From Octopus vulgaris (Eukaryota): DNA of 64,000 bases. How positions within the stretch are numbered: the first letter of the stretch is position 1; the number at the start of each line of letters is the position of its first letter. The notes under the pieces were generated by a model. That model worked only from the letters and a program-made list of their open reading frames with translations. It was not told where the DNA came from and did not search any database. Where the stretch lies: NCBI GenBank assembly GCA_951406725.2, contig OX597827.1, positions 2,108,001-2,172,000 of the forward strand. Direction: 5' to 3'. The translations under genes were made by a program, and so were the position numbers. Below are positions 28,586 through 42,301 of the stretch, in pieces.

Positions 28586-29076
28586 TACATATATAAATGT
28601 GTGTGCACACAAGGCGGTGCTCCGGCATGGCCGCAGTCAAATGACTGAAATAAGTAAAAGAGCAAGTGATCATATACACTTTCCTACATAACTATATACA
28701 GACACATACATGCACATAGACATATAAATACACATATTCAAATAAAAAGACATTTACATACTTGCTTACATACATATAAACATGAATATAAAAATAGTTA
28801 TATACATGAATAAATACACGCATAGATATATGCATGCAGACATATGCACAAATGTATGAGAGAAGTCGACTCCTTTACAAGTATAACCGTTAGCTGTTAA
28901 TGACCCGCGAACCGAAAATGTCTTTTTAATTCGGCTGATGATTTTCAGCTTTCACCACATCTAATATATATTATCTCTTCTCAGTCAAATGCAATGCAGA
29001 ATCCTAGCAATTGATACCATTTAGAGACGTGTGTTTCTTCAGATAACTAACGTATAGACATTATCACGTGACAGGC

Positions 29077-29268
29077 AAGGCGGTGAGTTGGCAGAATCGT
29101 TAGCATGTCGAGCGAAATGCTTAGTGGTATTTCGTTCGTCTTTACGTTCTGGATTCAAATTCCGCCCAGGTCAGTTTTTGCCTTTCATTTTTTCGGGGTC
29201 GATAAAATAAGTAATCGGCTTAACCCCTCCCAAAACTCGCTGGCATTGTGCCAAAATTTGAAACCATT
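29077..29268 (+). mobile_element. SINE family B
   Basis: AAGGCGGTGAGTTGGCAGAATCGTTAGCA..TTCAAATTCCGCC..GGGGTCGATAAAATAAGTA. Confidence 0.85.
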
Positions 29269-29314
29269 TTTACATGACAGTAAGACTTATCTTTCTTCAG
29301 TTGGAGACGATCTA

Positions 29315-29481
29315 CTGTTAACATCACTTAAACAGTTATTATTTGTTGTCAAAAATTTCGCCGCACCATTTGCATTCTGGTCATCGACACAGTTGTAGAG
29401 GACCCGTGTCAGTGACCAGGTCGCAGTTATGGAGACGAAAATTTTGAAAGTAAATAATAACTGTTTAAGTGATGCTAGCAG
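29315..29481. repeat. Imperfect fold-back repeat related to 56465-56732
   Basis: CATCACTTAAACAGTTATTATTT versus AAATAATAACTGTTTAAGTGATG; inner CTGGTCA..GACAC versus GTGTC..TGACCAG. Confidence 0.8.
29409..29447 (+). ncRNA. Minimal hammerhead ribozyme, G3-C8 core variant
   Basis: UCA-GUGACCA-G-GUC(..)GAC-GAAA-AUUU-UGA: stem I UCA/UGA, palindromic AAUU stem III. Confidence 0.5.
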
Positions 29482-29796
29482 TTTTTGAATTATTTTTGAA
29501 TGGCTGATGTATGTCTTCTACACTGTAACTGTTTTAGTCTCAACGCTCGGTGGCAGATCTAATCTCTTACCTGGTGAGTACATCGCCTGAAATATTCTCG
29601 GTAGCTTTCAAAGAACGTATTTGGATGTTTGATAAGTGTTTTCTTCTCCATAGATTTAATGAAAGCACAGGAAATTGAACGAGGACCAGACACATTCCTA
29701 CACATACATATGTATGTATATCCAAGCATTCATAGTTATGCGTATACACACACTCATAAATTCAAACTGAGCGAAGACCACACGCATGTTTAATTG

Positions 29797-30297
29797 AATA
29801 CATACGTACGTACACGCGTACATACATACATACATACATACATGCATATATACATACATGCATACATACATACATACATACATATATACATACATAGATA
29901 CATACATACATACATGCATACATACATACATACATACATGCATACATGCATACATACATACATACGTACATACATACATACATACATACATACATACATA
30001 CATACATACATACATAGATACATACATACATACATGCATACATACATACGTACATACATGCATACATGCATACATACATACATACGTACATACATACATA
30101 CATACATACATACATACATACATACATACATAGATACATACATACATACATGCATACATACATACATACATACATACATACATACATACAAACATACATA
30201 CATACATACATGCATACATACATGCATACATACATACATATATGCATACATACATGCATACATACATATATACATACATACATACATACATACATAT
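29797..30297. repeat. (TACA)n microsatellite
   Basis: Direct repeat with periodic variants. Confidence 0.95.
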
Positions 30298-30412
30298 GTA
30301 CGGAATTACATTCGTGTATACTATATAAATACATGCATGTATGTGTTTATGTAGTTTGCACGAATATATATATTCATGCATGTATGTATACGTGCGCACA
30401 CACACACACACA

Positions 30413-30464
<52 letters not shown>

Positions 30465-32494
30465 TCATTCATCGCAGCCTCATCAGGCATAAACGACCGA
30501 TAAATTTTTGGATATCATCTTATCAGATATTATAATGATATGGCTTAGATGTCTTTGGAAGTCTTTCAAATCCATTATATCTCCTGTTGATATTTATCCT
30601 CTGCTAATTAGCAGAAGACAACCGTCTAGATGTTCTAATTTCCTAAAATTATATCTAGCAACATCTTCAGTTTAAAGCCTACATTGAACGTGATTTAGCA
30701 TCGTTTACCAGATAAAAGACATGGCGGAGAATGGGAAGAACTTTCGGAGCGACGGACAGGAAGACTTAATATAGCTGTTCCACTTCTCAGCATTTTGAGT
30801 TCACATCCCACCCGAGGACAACTTTACCTTTCTGATAAAGTAAGAGCCAAATACTGAGGCTAGGCTTTCTCTCTCTTTCTTAAACACACGTGGTCTTCCT
30901 CTCTCTCTTTTTTTCCTTTCTCCCTTTCTTTTCCTTTCTCTCGCTCTCTTTCACTCTCTCTTTCTCACTCATTCTCGCCTTTCCTTTATTTCTGCTCATC
31001 ACCCTCTTATTCTCTCTTCCGCTCTCATTCAATCTCACTTTCTAGCTCACTGTTTTTATCTCTCACCCTTGCCTTCCACTTTCTTTCTTTCTTTCTTTCC
31101 TTAATTCTTTCTTTCTTCTTTCTTTCTTTCTTATTTATTCTCTCTCTCTCTCTCTCTCTCTCCAAATCGGATTCGTCTGTGTCGCAAAATGTGCCATCGT
31201 GCGACCATTCCCAGTGTCACTTATTTTTTTCAGAAGTGAGTAATGGCTGAAAGATCTAGGCCCGTCTCGTAGACAAAAGATATTCATATCTTACTGGATC
31301 CATCCACGAGGAGGCCGATATGCAAAATAGCATGGAGTGGAAATTCAGATCAGATACCACACAGTGAAAATGACAGAAACGATAATTACACAGTAATATC
31401 TATGAACTTTTATGGTTTGATTTCCGTCAAAACTAAGAGGACAGCTACATCGCTTCTGGACCGATAAAATATATACCCATAAAAAAATTAAATATGTCAT
31501 CAGCGCTATTGCTAAATGTTGTCCGGTGGAATCTGTTGATCGCCGACGGAAAGACTAGAATCGAAAGAGATAAAGTGTGAGAGGAGGAAGATTGGATGAG
31601 AGAGAGGAAGAAGAAAGTAAGTTAGAAAAAGTGAGTGAAAGAGAGAATACGAAAGAAAGAGGGAGAAATCCAATAATCCTGCTGGACAAAAGCAAGACCT
31701 GTCGTGAAGATGGATCGACCTTGCATAGGGTCATTGTCTATCTAAAAATGGCGCTGGGACTTCGATTTTCCCGGGTTTGTGTCAGGTGTGCTGTAAAAAC
31801 ACCGGAAGTGAAATATTCATGAGCATTGTTCAAGCTTGTTTCTAGGAAATGGCAATACTGCGTCCATAGATACACTGGAGATATAACTGACCAAGCGGTC
31901 TGAGCTCGGCAGTCTTGGAAGGTGTCCAGGATAAGAAAAGCGCAAATCCGAGCATAAAACCTCACTGCAGATGAATGTTTGTGAAGAGATGTTTGTGATG
32001 AGGTGGAAGTTAAGGAAGGGTCAACTCAGCTAATAAATCTTATCGGAAAGAACTCCAAGGTCCACCGACCCTATTTATCTAAAGAAAGCGTGAAGTCGCA
32101 GAAAATGGTTTGTGATTGCAGTCCTCGACCCTAATTCAGCCAGGAATGGATTAAAGGTGAATCATAAAATCCATATTTGTTTAGTTTTTGCAAACACATT
32201 TAAGATCTTTTTTGTTAGCCGACCAGATAGTGGTTTGAGAGAGATTCGGCTGCTATTTCTAGAAGGTCGAGCGAGTGTATGAAAGCGCCTCATTGATTGT
32301 GGAGGATACATTACTTAATGACTTCATCTGCTGTTGTTTATATTGTTATGTTGTTGTTGTTGTTATTGTTGTTGTTGTTGGTAAGCTTTAAGCCGTTCCT
32401 AAACAAGTAAGCGTATTATCAAAGACCGAGATCAACTCAGCTTTCATCAGACATAATGTATCTAGGATTACACTATTCAGGGTGACGTTTCACC

Positions 32495-32782
32495 ATCATC
32501 GTTATCGTCGTTGTTGTTGCCGTTCGTATCATCATCATCATCGTAATCATCATCATCATCGTAATCATCATCATCGTAATCATCATCATCGTAATCATCA
32601 TCATCATCATCATCATCGTAATCATCATCGTAATCATCATCATAATGATCATCATCATCACCAACAACACTACTATTATTATCACATCCATCATCATTAT
32701 CATCTTCTTTGACGCAGTCGTTATCGTCGTCGTCGTGGTTATCATCATCATCATCATCATCCTCATCATCATCAACATCATT
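32495..32782. repeat. (CAT)n/(ATC)n trinucleotide tract with CGTAAT interruptions
   Basis: Direct repeat. Confidence 0.9.
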
Positions 32783-33012
32783 ACAAAGACTAATAAAATC
32801 GAATCGCAATGGTACCAATAAACGAAATTCCAAAATGAGTCATCTACCCAGGTGGTTACAAAAGTGATGCAGGGTGAGTGTGGAGACCGAGTGCGGCTGA
32901 GAAGTTAAGAATATTTCCCTCTAGTAGGGCTGTTGTCTAGTGTGGAAGTGATAGCAATGGTAGCAGAAGCAGCAGTAGCACTTATAGTAGTAGTAGTAGT
33001 AGTAGTAGCAGC

Positions 33013-33130
33013 AGCCGAGGTCAACTTTGCCTTTAATTCTTTCGGAGTCGATAAATCAAGTACCAGTGAAATACTGGGGTCGATGTTATCGGCTAATCCC
33101 CTCTTCCAAATTTCAGGCCTTGTGCCTAGA
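33013..33130 (+). mobile_element. SINE family B, 3' fragment
   Basis: GCCGAGGTCAACTTTGCCTTT..GTCGATAAATCAAGTACCAGT..CTGGGGTCGAT. Confidence 0.75.
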
Positions 33131-33250
33131 GCAGAAAAGATTATTATTATTATTATTATTATTATTATTGCTATCATCATCATCATCATCAGTAGTAGTA
33201 GTGGTTGTGGTTGCGGTTGTGGTGGTGGTGGTGGTGGTGGCGGCGGCGGT

Positions 33251-33290
<40 letters not shown>

Positions 33291-33423
33291 GGAGCCAAAA
33301 TGGAGTTGTCAGTAGTCCAAAGATATCCTGTATATTTATACTTATCCGATATCGTTTGTATCAGCTGATAAGATAATTTTTCGAAAGAGTTATCAGCAGA
33401 GGGAGCTTAAGTGCAGCAGCGGC

Positions 33424-33538
33424 AGCAGCGGCGGCGGCGACGGTGGTGACGGTGGTGGCAGCAGCGGCGGCGGCGACGGTGGTGACGGTGGTGGCAGCAA
33501 TGGCGGCGGCGACGGTGGTGACGGTGGTGGCAGCAGCG
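33424..33538. repeat. 36-bp GC-rich minisatellite, 3 copies
   Basis: GACGGTGGTGACGGTGGTGGCAGCA at 33439, 33475 and 33511. Confidence 0.9.
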
Positions 33539-34334
33539 ATGGTAGCAGACTTTGCGTTGAGTTGTTTGTGGTGAGTGTGGCCGGCGGCGTGGTTGGTACT
33601 TGGTTGCTGTTGGCTGGTCTGTTGGTCCGAGACTAATTTATTTGGCCGGAACATGACTAAAATCTTTAAGGTACTCTGCTCTCTACCCTGCCTTGCTCTC
33701 CGCCTTACCATCCACCAATCACACAATCTATTCACGAACGTGCGTGCGGTATTAAGCGGCCTGATTCTGGTCTCTCTCTTGATTGGCTTAAATCTAACAT
33801 GCCCAGATAGATACATCCCAAAAACCGAGCGCATGTATGTATGTATGTTTGTATGTATGTATACATGTGTCTCTGTGTGTGTGTGTGTGCATGCGTGTGT
33901 GTGTATGTATGTAAGTATATGTATAACTATAAGAATACACACACATTTACATATGTAGGGGTGCGTGTATATATACTTTAGATACATAATTTCGATTATG
34001 TAGATATATGCTTGCGTGTACATAAACACGACTGTGCATATGTAAAGTATATACGAATGGAGTATCCGTGTATATACGTATATATACACACGCGCATATA
34101 TATATATACACACACACACAAACACACATAGACACACATACACACATACACATATATCCACATACATGTACACACAAAGAGGCAAATTGCTAAACGAACT
34201 TCTAAATACTGCGCTGCACAATACGTTCTGTATATAAAAGTGCCGTTAGTCTTTACTTGCAGTCACTGAACTGAACTGTCAACAGCAATAAATACTGTTG
34301 CAAACTTTCCTCTTTCCTTGGTTTTTGCTGAATA

Positions 34335-34638
34335 GGTGCAGGAGTGGCTGTGTGGTAAGTATAGGCGCAAGAGTGACTGTGTGGTAAGTAGCTTGCTTAC
34401 CAACCACATGGTTCTGGGTTCAGTCCCACTGCATGGCACCTTGGGCAAGTGTTTTCTACTATAGCCTCGAGCTGACCAAAGCCTTTTCAGTGGATTTGTT
34501 AGACGGAAACTGAAAGAAGCCCGTTGTATATATATGTATATGAATATGTGTGTGTGTGTTTGTGTGTCTGTGTTTGTTCCCCACCCAACATCGCTTGACA
34601 ACCGCTGCTGGTGTGTTTACATCACTGTAACTTAGCGA
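34335..34638 (+). mobile_element. SINE family A, 3'-truncated, with duplicated head
   Basis: GG(T/C)GCA(G/A)GAGTG(G/A)CTGTGTGGTAAGTA occurs twice, then GGGTTCAGTCCC (B-box-like) and the family A body. Confidence 0.85.
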
Positions 34639-34854
34639 GTATTTTTGGAGTGTGTTCTTATTTATCTCTGTAATCACCCTAAACTGTTTTGTTTCTTGAA
34701 AACTTAGGTTTGTTGTACCGTACCTATGTCTAATCTAGAAGGTACAAAGCAACTTTGTTACATTATGTACCGTCCTCAATGGCATATAAGTTGCACTGTT
34801 TTTGAAAGCAAAATTGTCTCAATACATTGTTCTTCACTGTGTCCTGGATGATCT

Positions 34855-35932
34855 TCGAGCACCTCCTTGATGTTGGCCACTGGATCTTGGGCACCAGCTC
34901 GTATTTGATGTTGCAGGCAGAGCGGCTGGTGTCATTGACAACCGTGTCCATCATATTGTAATCCATAGGATTACAATTGGAGGAATAAGACGGCAAGAAA
35001 TTGGAGCTGTTCAAGTAGTAGAATTTCTCCCACAACCACCTCTAACTCTTTGAGGAGGTATGGCAAGGAGCAGAATTCTGCTGCCACACCCATGACCGTC
35101 CAGCGCCAGTCCTCTCCAACTAGGCTTTCATCACAGTTTCCAGTCGCTTCACATTCCAGCCGTCTGAATTGATCCTGAGGCCTCGTTCAAAGATATCGGA
35201 CAGCATGACGTTAACATCACTGGAAACACATCCAAAGATCATCACAGTTAGGGGTAACTCGGTTTTCATGATACGTGGGACATCACATGGATTGTAGGTA
35301 AACCATCTGTTGTTCCATGAGTTGTGCATCTCGTCCTGATAGAAGTTTCTTTTTTCATTTGAGACGAACCGGATCATTCATGGCTCATGTCTCAGCTGGT
35401 ACAAGTGCATTTTTGACTTCGTGAAGCGGTACTCTTTGTCAAGATTTGTCCCTTGCGCCTCTTGTACGAGTGATAGCGAGGGTCCTCATTCAGGGCCAGC
35501 TTCATGATGGCAACTCTAATACTCATCTCTCTCGTCAAATCCCGGATTCCCTATTCAAATCTTCCATTATTTTGTCCTGCAGTTGTTGGATGAATTTCGG
35601 CGTGCGGACGCAGTCAGAGCGGTTACAGATTTGAAGCCTCAGTTGTAGCTGCCCACGTCACGTCTTACAGTGAAGTCTTACAGCCATTACAGTGTTCACA
35701 ATGCATTGAGAAGTAGTCATGATGTTGGCATAATGGCACCTGGCACGACTCATCATGATACAGGTACCTCTTTTCAATATTCAAATGACTTCCAGTCATC
35801 CGCGACAGTATTTTTCTCAATTACAAATTTAATCTTTATGCTCTCCAACGCCGTTGTCTGTTCACTAATATATCAAGCTGTTCCTGAAAAAAGGAGACAT
35901 AAAGATCTTCAAATTTAGCCCGAAAACCCTGT
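34855..35932 (-). mobile_element. Decayed Tc1/mariner-superfamily transposon (maT/DD37D-like)
   Basis: Minus strand reads RFVSNEK..QDEMHNSWNNRW..VPRIMKTELPLTVMIFGCVSSD..WVWQQNSAPCHTS..LPSYSSNCNPMDY, homologous to 10905-11713. CAGGGTTTT terminus at ~35932. Confidence 0.8.
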
Positions 35933-36039
35933 GTTTATTATTCTATGCATTTTCTTCCCTGATCTTCGATTCAAAATTTTAACTTCTAATCTCACCAAGG
36001 TTTACCTAGAAATCATTATCTCCCGTGCAGTAACTGGAC

Positions 36040-36450
36040 ACTAGGATATATTATGTTTTTCAAATATTTTTTACCTTTGAATGATAATCCAGATTACTTA
36101 GAAAAAAAATGTCTTCCACAGGATCACCGCTATATATGCATATCTTCTCTGTGTTTCTTCCATCTTGATAAAACTAGCTTGTAACCTGAGTCGTTGCTAA
36201 ATACATTTGCCGTGTCACGAACAGATTGTGAAATTGTGCTTGCAGTTTCTCTTAGCCTAGCGTAAGCGAGACGCAATGTGTTTGGGCAATGATAACAGAA
36301 TATTTCTAAGATTCCAGCATCGAACTGAATGTTCTCTTTATCATTCTATTTGTATATGGTATCTAGGGCCTCCTGTATGTTTACGATATCAACAGAAAAT
36401 CTTCGGGGATGTCAAAAACCTTTGATATTTTACTATCATCAACGTTGATA
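36040..36450 (-). mobile_element. Decayed CR1-group LINE reverse transcriptase C-terminal fragment
   Basis: With frameshifts the minus strand reads NVDDSKISKV..NIQEALDTIYK*NDKENIQFDAG..SVRDTANVFSND, resembling YADDTK..LQxxLDxxxxW..MxFN..VRDLGV..SxD. Confidence 0.6.
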
Positions 36451-36728
36451 GTTAAGATAGTTGTTATATGTACGTACACACACACACACACATTAAAACA
36501 CACACACATATGCATATATAGTTAAAAAGTAATGTAGAAATACATTACAAGGGATATACTATAAACAGTTAAAATTATTTATGAATATATCAATGACCAA
36601 ACATTTTATCATAACATTCATAGAAGACTGTTTGTAATTATGAACAAGTCACAGTTATAACTAAGCGGCTTTCAAAACCCTTACACGACTTGCTCATAAT
36701 TATAAACATTCTTCTTGTGTATATATAA

Positions 36729-36806
<78 letters not shown>

Positions 36807-36810
36807 ATAT

Positions 36811-36942
36811 ATTTATTTTATAGAAGGAGCTTCTACAGGACTAGAACTGTTTCATTCAAAAGAAATCATCAGGAAGCTTCCTGATGATTTCTTTTGAATG
36901 AAACAGTTCTAGTCCTGTAGAAGCTCCTTCTATAAAATAAAT
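36811..36942. repeat. Perfect 132-bp palindrome centred on AAGCTT (36874-36879)
   Basis: Exact reverse-complement arms, no spacer. Confidence 0.97.
36875..36925 (+). ncRNA. Type I hammerhead ribozyme, canonical C3-G8 core (mirror copy on - strand at 36828-36878)
   Basis: AGCUUC-CUGAUGA-U UUC(UUUU)GAA U-GAA-ACAG(UUCUAGUC)CUGU-A-GAAGCU: 6-bp stem I, 4-bp stem III, GUA site at 36917-36919. Stem II closes with a U-U mismatch. Confidence 0.75.
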
Positions 36943-37183
36943 TAATTTACTCTGCTATGTATTGAGTACCTTATTTACTGTGGTTAACCCCGACTCAACC
37001 CGGGACCTACATATATATATATATTCATGTATATACGAACACGCATTAACAAATTCTATGGCGCTGTTTTGACTTAAACAAAAAAGGTTGGTCACCGGGA
37101 AGATCTCAAATCTCAATGAACGAACGTTAGTTACACACATGCATGCACGCACGCACGCACGCACGCACGCGCACATACGAGGG

Positions 37184-37358
37184 CACTAGTATATATTATA
37201 TTTTTCAAATATTTTTTTTACCTTCGAACGATAATCCAGATTACTTAGAAAAGAAAAGGTCTTCCACGAGATCACCGCTATATATGCATATCGTCTCTGT
37301 GTTGCTTCCATCTTGATAAAACAAGATTGTAACCTGAGTCGTTGCTAAATCCATTTGG
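37184..37358 (-). mobile_element. Second copy of the 36040-36210 LINE-derived segment
   Basis: ~170-bp diverged direct repeat about 1.15 kb downstream. Confidence 0.8.
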
Positions 37359-37540
37359 TGAGTCACGCACACACACACGTACACATAGACACACACGGAC
37401 ACACCAACATACATACATACATACATACACGCATATTCGTACACGATCATGTAGGGAGAAACACTGAGAGCAGCAGAGAAGAATGAGAAGACACATTCGT
37501 ACGTCCATATATATAATATGTATATATATATATATACATG

Positions 37541-37574
<34 letters not shown>

Positions 37575-37881
37575 TGTATGTAAATCCTGTACGACTTTTG
37601 TTTTTATATTGTATATTTTATTTTGTTAGCTTATTTACATTTATATTCGTACCCACACTCTGTGTCTTGTTTGCTTTTGTGACTGTCCACCACGTCCGTT
37701 TATTAGTTCGTTAAAGGTGTGAAATTGTAAAGAGTATTTTTTAGACGATGACTGACGAGGAAAGAGCATGTCCGTATGTTGTGTGTGAATTTTCTGTTAG
37801 TTCCTTTGTCGTATTTCTGTTTAATTTTTGAAACTAATAATATAATATAATATAATATAATATAATATTATATATATATAT

Positions 37882-38070
37882 AGGGAAAGTTTACGAAAAG
37901 AAACAAAAGACGAAGACATGTAGTGTACAAAACAAACAGATGTATTAGTATAACGCCCAGGAATAGAAAAAGTCTTTTACGTTTCGAGCCTACGCTCTTC
38001 TACAGAAAGGTACACATAATAAACAAGGAGAGAAAGAAAATGTGTGTAGTGGCTAACGATCTATCATGGC
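37882..38070 (-). mobile_element. Short element in (TA)n with minimal hammerhead-like motif at 37974-38009
   Basis: Minus strand CUUU-CUGUAGA-A-GAGC(GUAG)GCUC-GAAAC-GUA-AAAG; same family as 46412-46590. Confidence 0.7.
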
Positions 38071-38217
38071 ATCTATATATATATATATATATATATGTTC
38101 TACATCTTGCAAAGTTCTACATCTTGGTGCGCATTTTGGTGTTAACTGTCGCTTCTTCAGAGTGCTTTTAACAGCGTCATGTGTCCACATATGCCCATAT
38201 ATATACGTATGTATATA

Positions 38218-38272
<55 letters not shown>

Positions 38273-38335
38273 TATATATATATGTACATACATACAACAC
38301 ACATGCATACATATATACATACATATATACATATA

Positions 38336-38725
38336 TCTCTATATATGTAAAGCTGAAATTGTCTGTGTATGGCAGGTTTGATAGCCTTCAACTAACACTA
38401 TTCCTCCGAGACCCTGCTGCATAAATTGAACAAAATTGAGAGTATGATAGAAGAAGGATTGCTATTCCTTTCGTAGAAGAAAAAATTCAAATCAGACCAT
38501 GTTAACATCAAAAATTATTTACATCAAAAATGTGCTTTTTTTCTATGAAAATCCCTATTTTTTACGATTCTTTGACTGCTGTGTCGCCATTTTTCTGTGT
38601 ATTTCAACCAAAAAATTTTCACTTAAAGAGAATAACAAGCTACATAATGCAAACGTTTTACTTTTCAAAAATTCCAATTCTAAAGGGTCGAACCAAACCC
38701 GAGCAACGCCGGGCGATACTGCTAG
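38336..38725 (+). mobile_element. Non-autonomous Helitron
   Basis: A|TCTCTATATAT...AAACCCGAGCAACGCCGGGCGATACTGCTAG|T. Confidence 0.82.
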
Positions 38726-39421
38726 TATATATATATTTATATATATATACGAAAGCATTGTAAAAAACCACCGACCTATAAAATCATATACGTATATTGA
38801 TCCCTATTTCTTCATCAGTTATCAACCAAAATGGTAATACTGCATGTAACTTTCATGCATACACACATACAACCATACATACGTTTTTAGTGTCATGAAA
38901 TCTTGCAGCCAATATGACAGCCGTTTGTATCGAGAAACAAAATATATGGATATCTGTTGTAAGATATATTACTCAACAACAACAGCTATCTCGTGCATAG
39001 CTTACCATTAAAACGGGATAAACGCAAGCAAGTCGTGAATTTGACGGAAAATTTGACGAAAGCTAAATTATGTTTGAATTTATCGTATGTAAACGATAAT
39101 CTTTCCAGTTCGATCTTAATTTCTGTTCGTATATCGTTGTTAGATTTTCTTTAACAGAAACCGGATATTTCTGGACGCTGATGAGAAAATTGTTAGACAC
39201 ATTATTCGAGGAAATTCACCGGATAGATCACGTGATTGGCATAACCATGGAGCGATAAGAATGGGATGGGTTTTTTTTGTATTCTGTTATATTTTTTTTA
39301 GTTTTTTGTCAAGTTTTCGGTCGGTTGCTTCCATGTTTCCTTGTCACGTGAGCGCTGAGAGTGAATTGACTTCTTTAACAACAGCAACAACAGCAACGAA
39401 AACAACACTCACGAACACATC

Positions 39422-39860
<439 letters not shown>

Positions 39861-40458
39861 GCAACGATGAAGACGCTGACGGCAACAACGATTCACGAAG
39901 GAAGGTGATATGTATGAGTACATGTTTGAGCCTTGAGCAATGTTTTTCACTCTACCTACGACTGGAAACACATTAAACCGGAGAGAAAAACTACAGCAGC
40001 TAATACAATTGCGACGACGACGGTGACGAGGACAACCAGAACAACAACAACAAGCACCACCACTAGGACTACTACTACTACCACCACCACCACTAAGACT
40101 ACTACTACTACTACTACCACCACCACCACCACCACCACCACCATTACTACTACTACCATTACTACTACTACTACTACCATAGAAAACTGAAACTACAATA
40201 ATTGTAATAAGTGTTATATGTAACAACAAGAACTAAGAAATGGTTGGTAGAAGGCAGAAGCTTGTATGTAGAACATATTGAATATCGATCTAGTGGTTTC
40301 GATAACCAAATCTTTTCTTATTCTTCTCTTCCTTTTGCGAGGAAAAGAAAACCCACGCTGGAAAGGCATAAGGTCCACCGCGTTGTCGAAACATTTAAAT
40401 GTGTCTGGAGAAGAACAATGCTAAATGCCACAACGAAGAAGAAGAAGAAAAAGAAGAA

Positions 40459-40505
<47 letters not shown>

Positions 40506-40649
40506 AGAGGTGGAGGAGGTGGAGAGAGAAGGTGGAAGGAGAGGAGGGTGGAAGGAAGGCGTAGAGAAAGCATCTGTCGTTGCTTCCCTATAATTTCAAT
40601 AGTCCTCAACAACCATTAGCTGTGCCAAAAGGTTTCAGGCAAGACAGAA

Positions 40650-40703
<54 letters not shown>

Positions 40704-41133
40704 ACACACACATACACACACACATACACATACACAAAATCACATAAAGACAAACATACGAACACAAACACGCATTCACACACACACATGTGCATACGCA
40801 CACGCATATAGCTATGTCAACATACACTTACAAAATCTCTTCTGTTGACACACATATATAACAATATACATACATACTCATATATAGACACATATATACA
40901 CTTATACACACACGCATAAATTGACACCTCTACTTAAATACACACGTACTCATACACGCGCTTGTGCAGAAACATATACAGACGTAGACATGCACATACA
41001 CTGCATTACACAATCGCATACCAACACACATGCACAATGATATTTATACACACTCATATACCAACACACATACATGCCTACACACTTACATACACACGGT
41101 TATGTAGATTCCAATGTTGAAGTGACACTACAA

Positions 41134-41197
<64 letters not shown>

Positions 41198-41613
41198 ATA
41201 TATATATATATATACACACATATATATATATATATGCATATATATATATATTCATATATATATATGTATGTATGTATGTATGTATATATACACAAACACA
41301 GACATATATGTATATATATATTATAATACATGTATATATGTATTGTTATACGTATGCATAAACGATCTCTGCTTCTATGTATGCAGGTATGCAGGTATGT
41401 ACAGATGTATAAATGTATGCATGTATGTATGTACGTATGTATTTATGTAATCTTGTTAGAGCCGGGAACACAATCCGGTCTTTGATGACAGCTGACGAGC
41501 AGGAAAGCCAGAAAAGAAGTAAGCCACGATAGTGGTGTGCTCGAGGTGGCGGTGGTGGTGGAGGTGGCGTTGGTTCGATGATGCTGTTCGTGGTCCTCGT
41601 GGTTGCGGTATTG

Positions 41614-41674
<61 letters not shown>

Positions 41675-42301
41675 CAGCAACATAAAAACGATACGTGATG
41701 CATAGGTAGAAGTGGTGGTGGTCATCGTGGTATTGTTGCTGGTTTTTTGTCGTGGTGGTAACTGCGTTTGTTCTGAATGACAGCGATAGTCGTAGTTATG
41801 CTAATTATGGTTATGGTTGAAGTAGTATGGGTGGTAGTTTTGGTGGTGGTGCTTGTACGTGTGGTAGTAGTGGTAGTGGTAGAGTCTTAGTCATCGGTGC
41901 TACTGATGATGCCGATAACAATGTCAGTGTTGTTGATTTCATTGGTAATGGTAGTGGTGATGGTGGTGGTGGTGGTGGTGGTGATGGAGGTTGTGGTGAT
42001 GGTAGTAGTGGTGGTGTTGGTGGTGATGGAGGTTGTGGTGATGGTAGTAGTGGTGGTGTTAATTGTAGTGATAGTAGATAAGGTGATGGTAGTAATAGTG
42101 CGGGTAGTTGGGTTGATGTTAGTGGTAGTGTTAATGGTAGTGGTGGTGGTGATGGCAGTGGTGGTGATGGTAGTGGTGATGGAGTTTATGGAGGTGGTGG
42201 TGGTGGTGGTGGTTTTAGTTCCGATGGTCCGATGGTAATACGTGTGGCGATGGTAGTGGTGATAGTAGTGATGGGAATAGTGATGGTGGTGATGGTGGTG
42301 G

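Noticed and set aside
30480-30720. Possible decayed LINE fragment
   Set aside because: Too degenerate; no diagnostic motif recovered
37750-37780. CUGACGA-GGA..UCC-G motif
   Set aside because: GAAA and stem III are missing; at most a remnant
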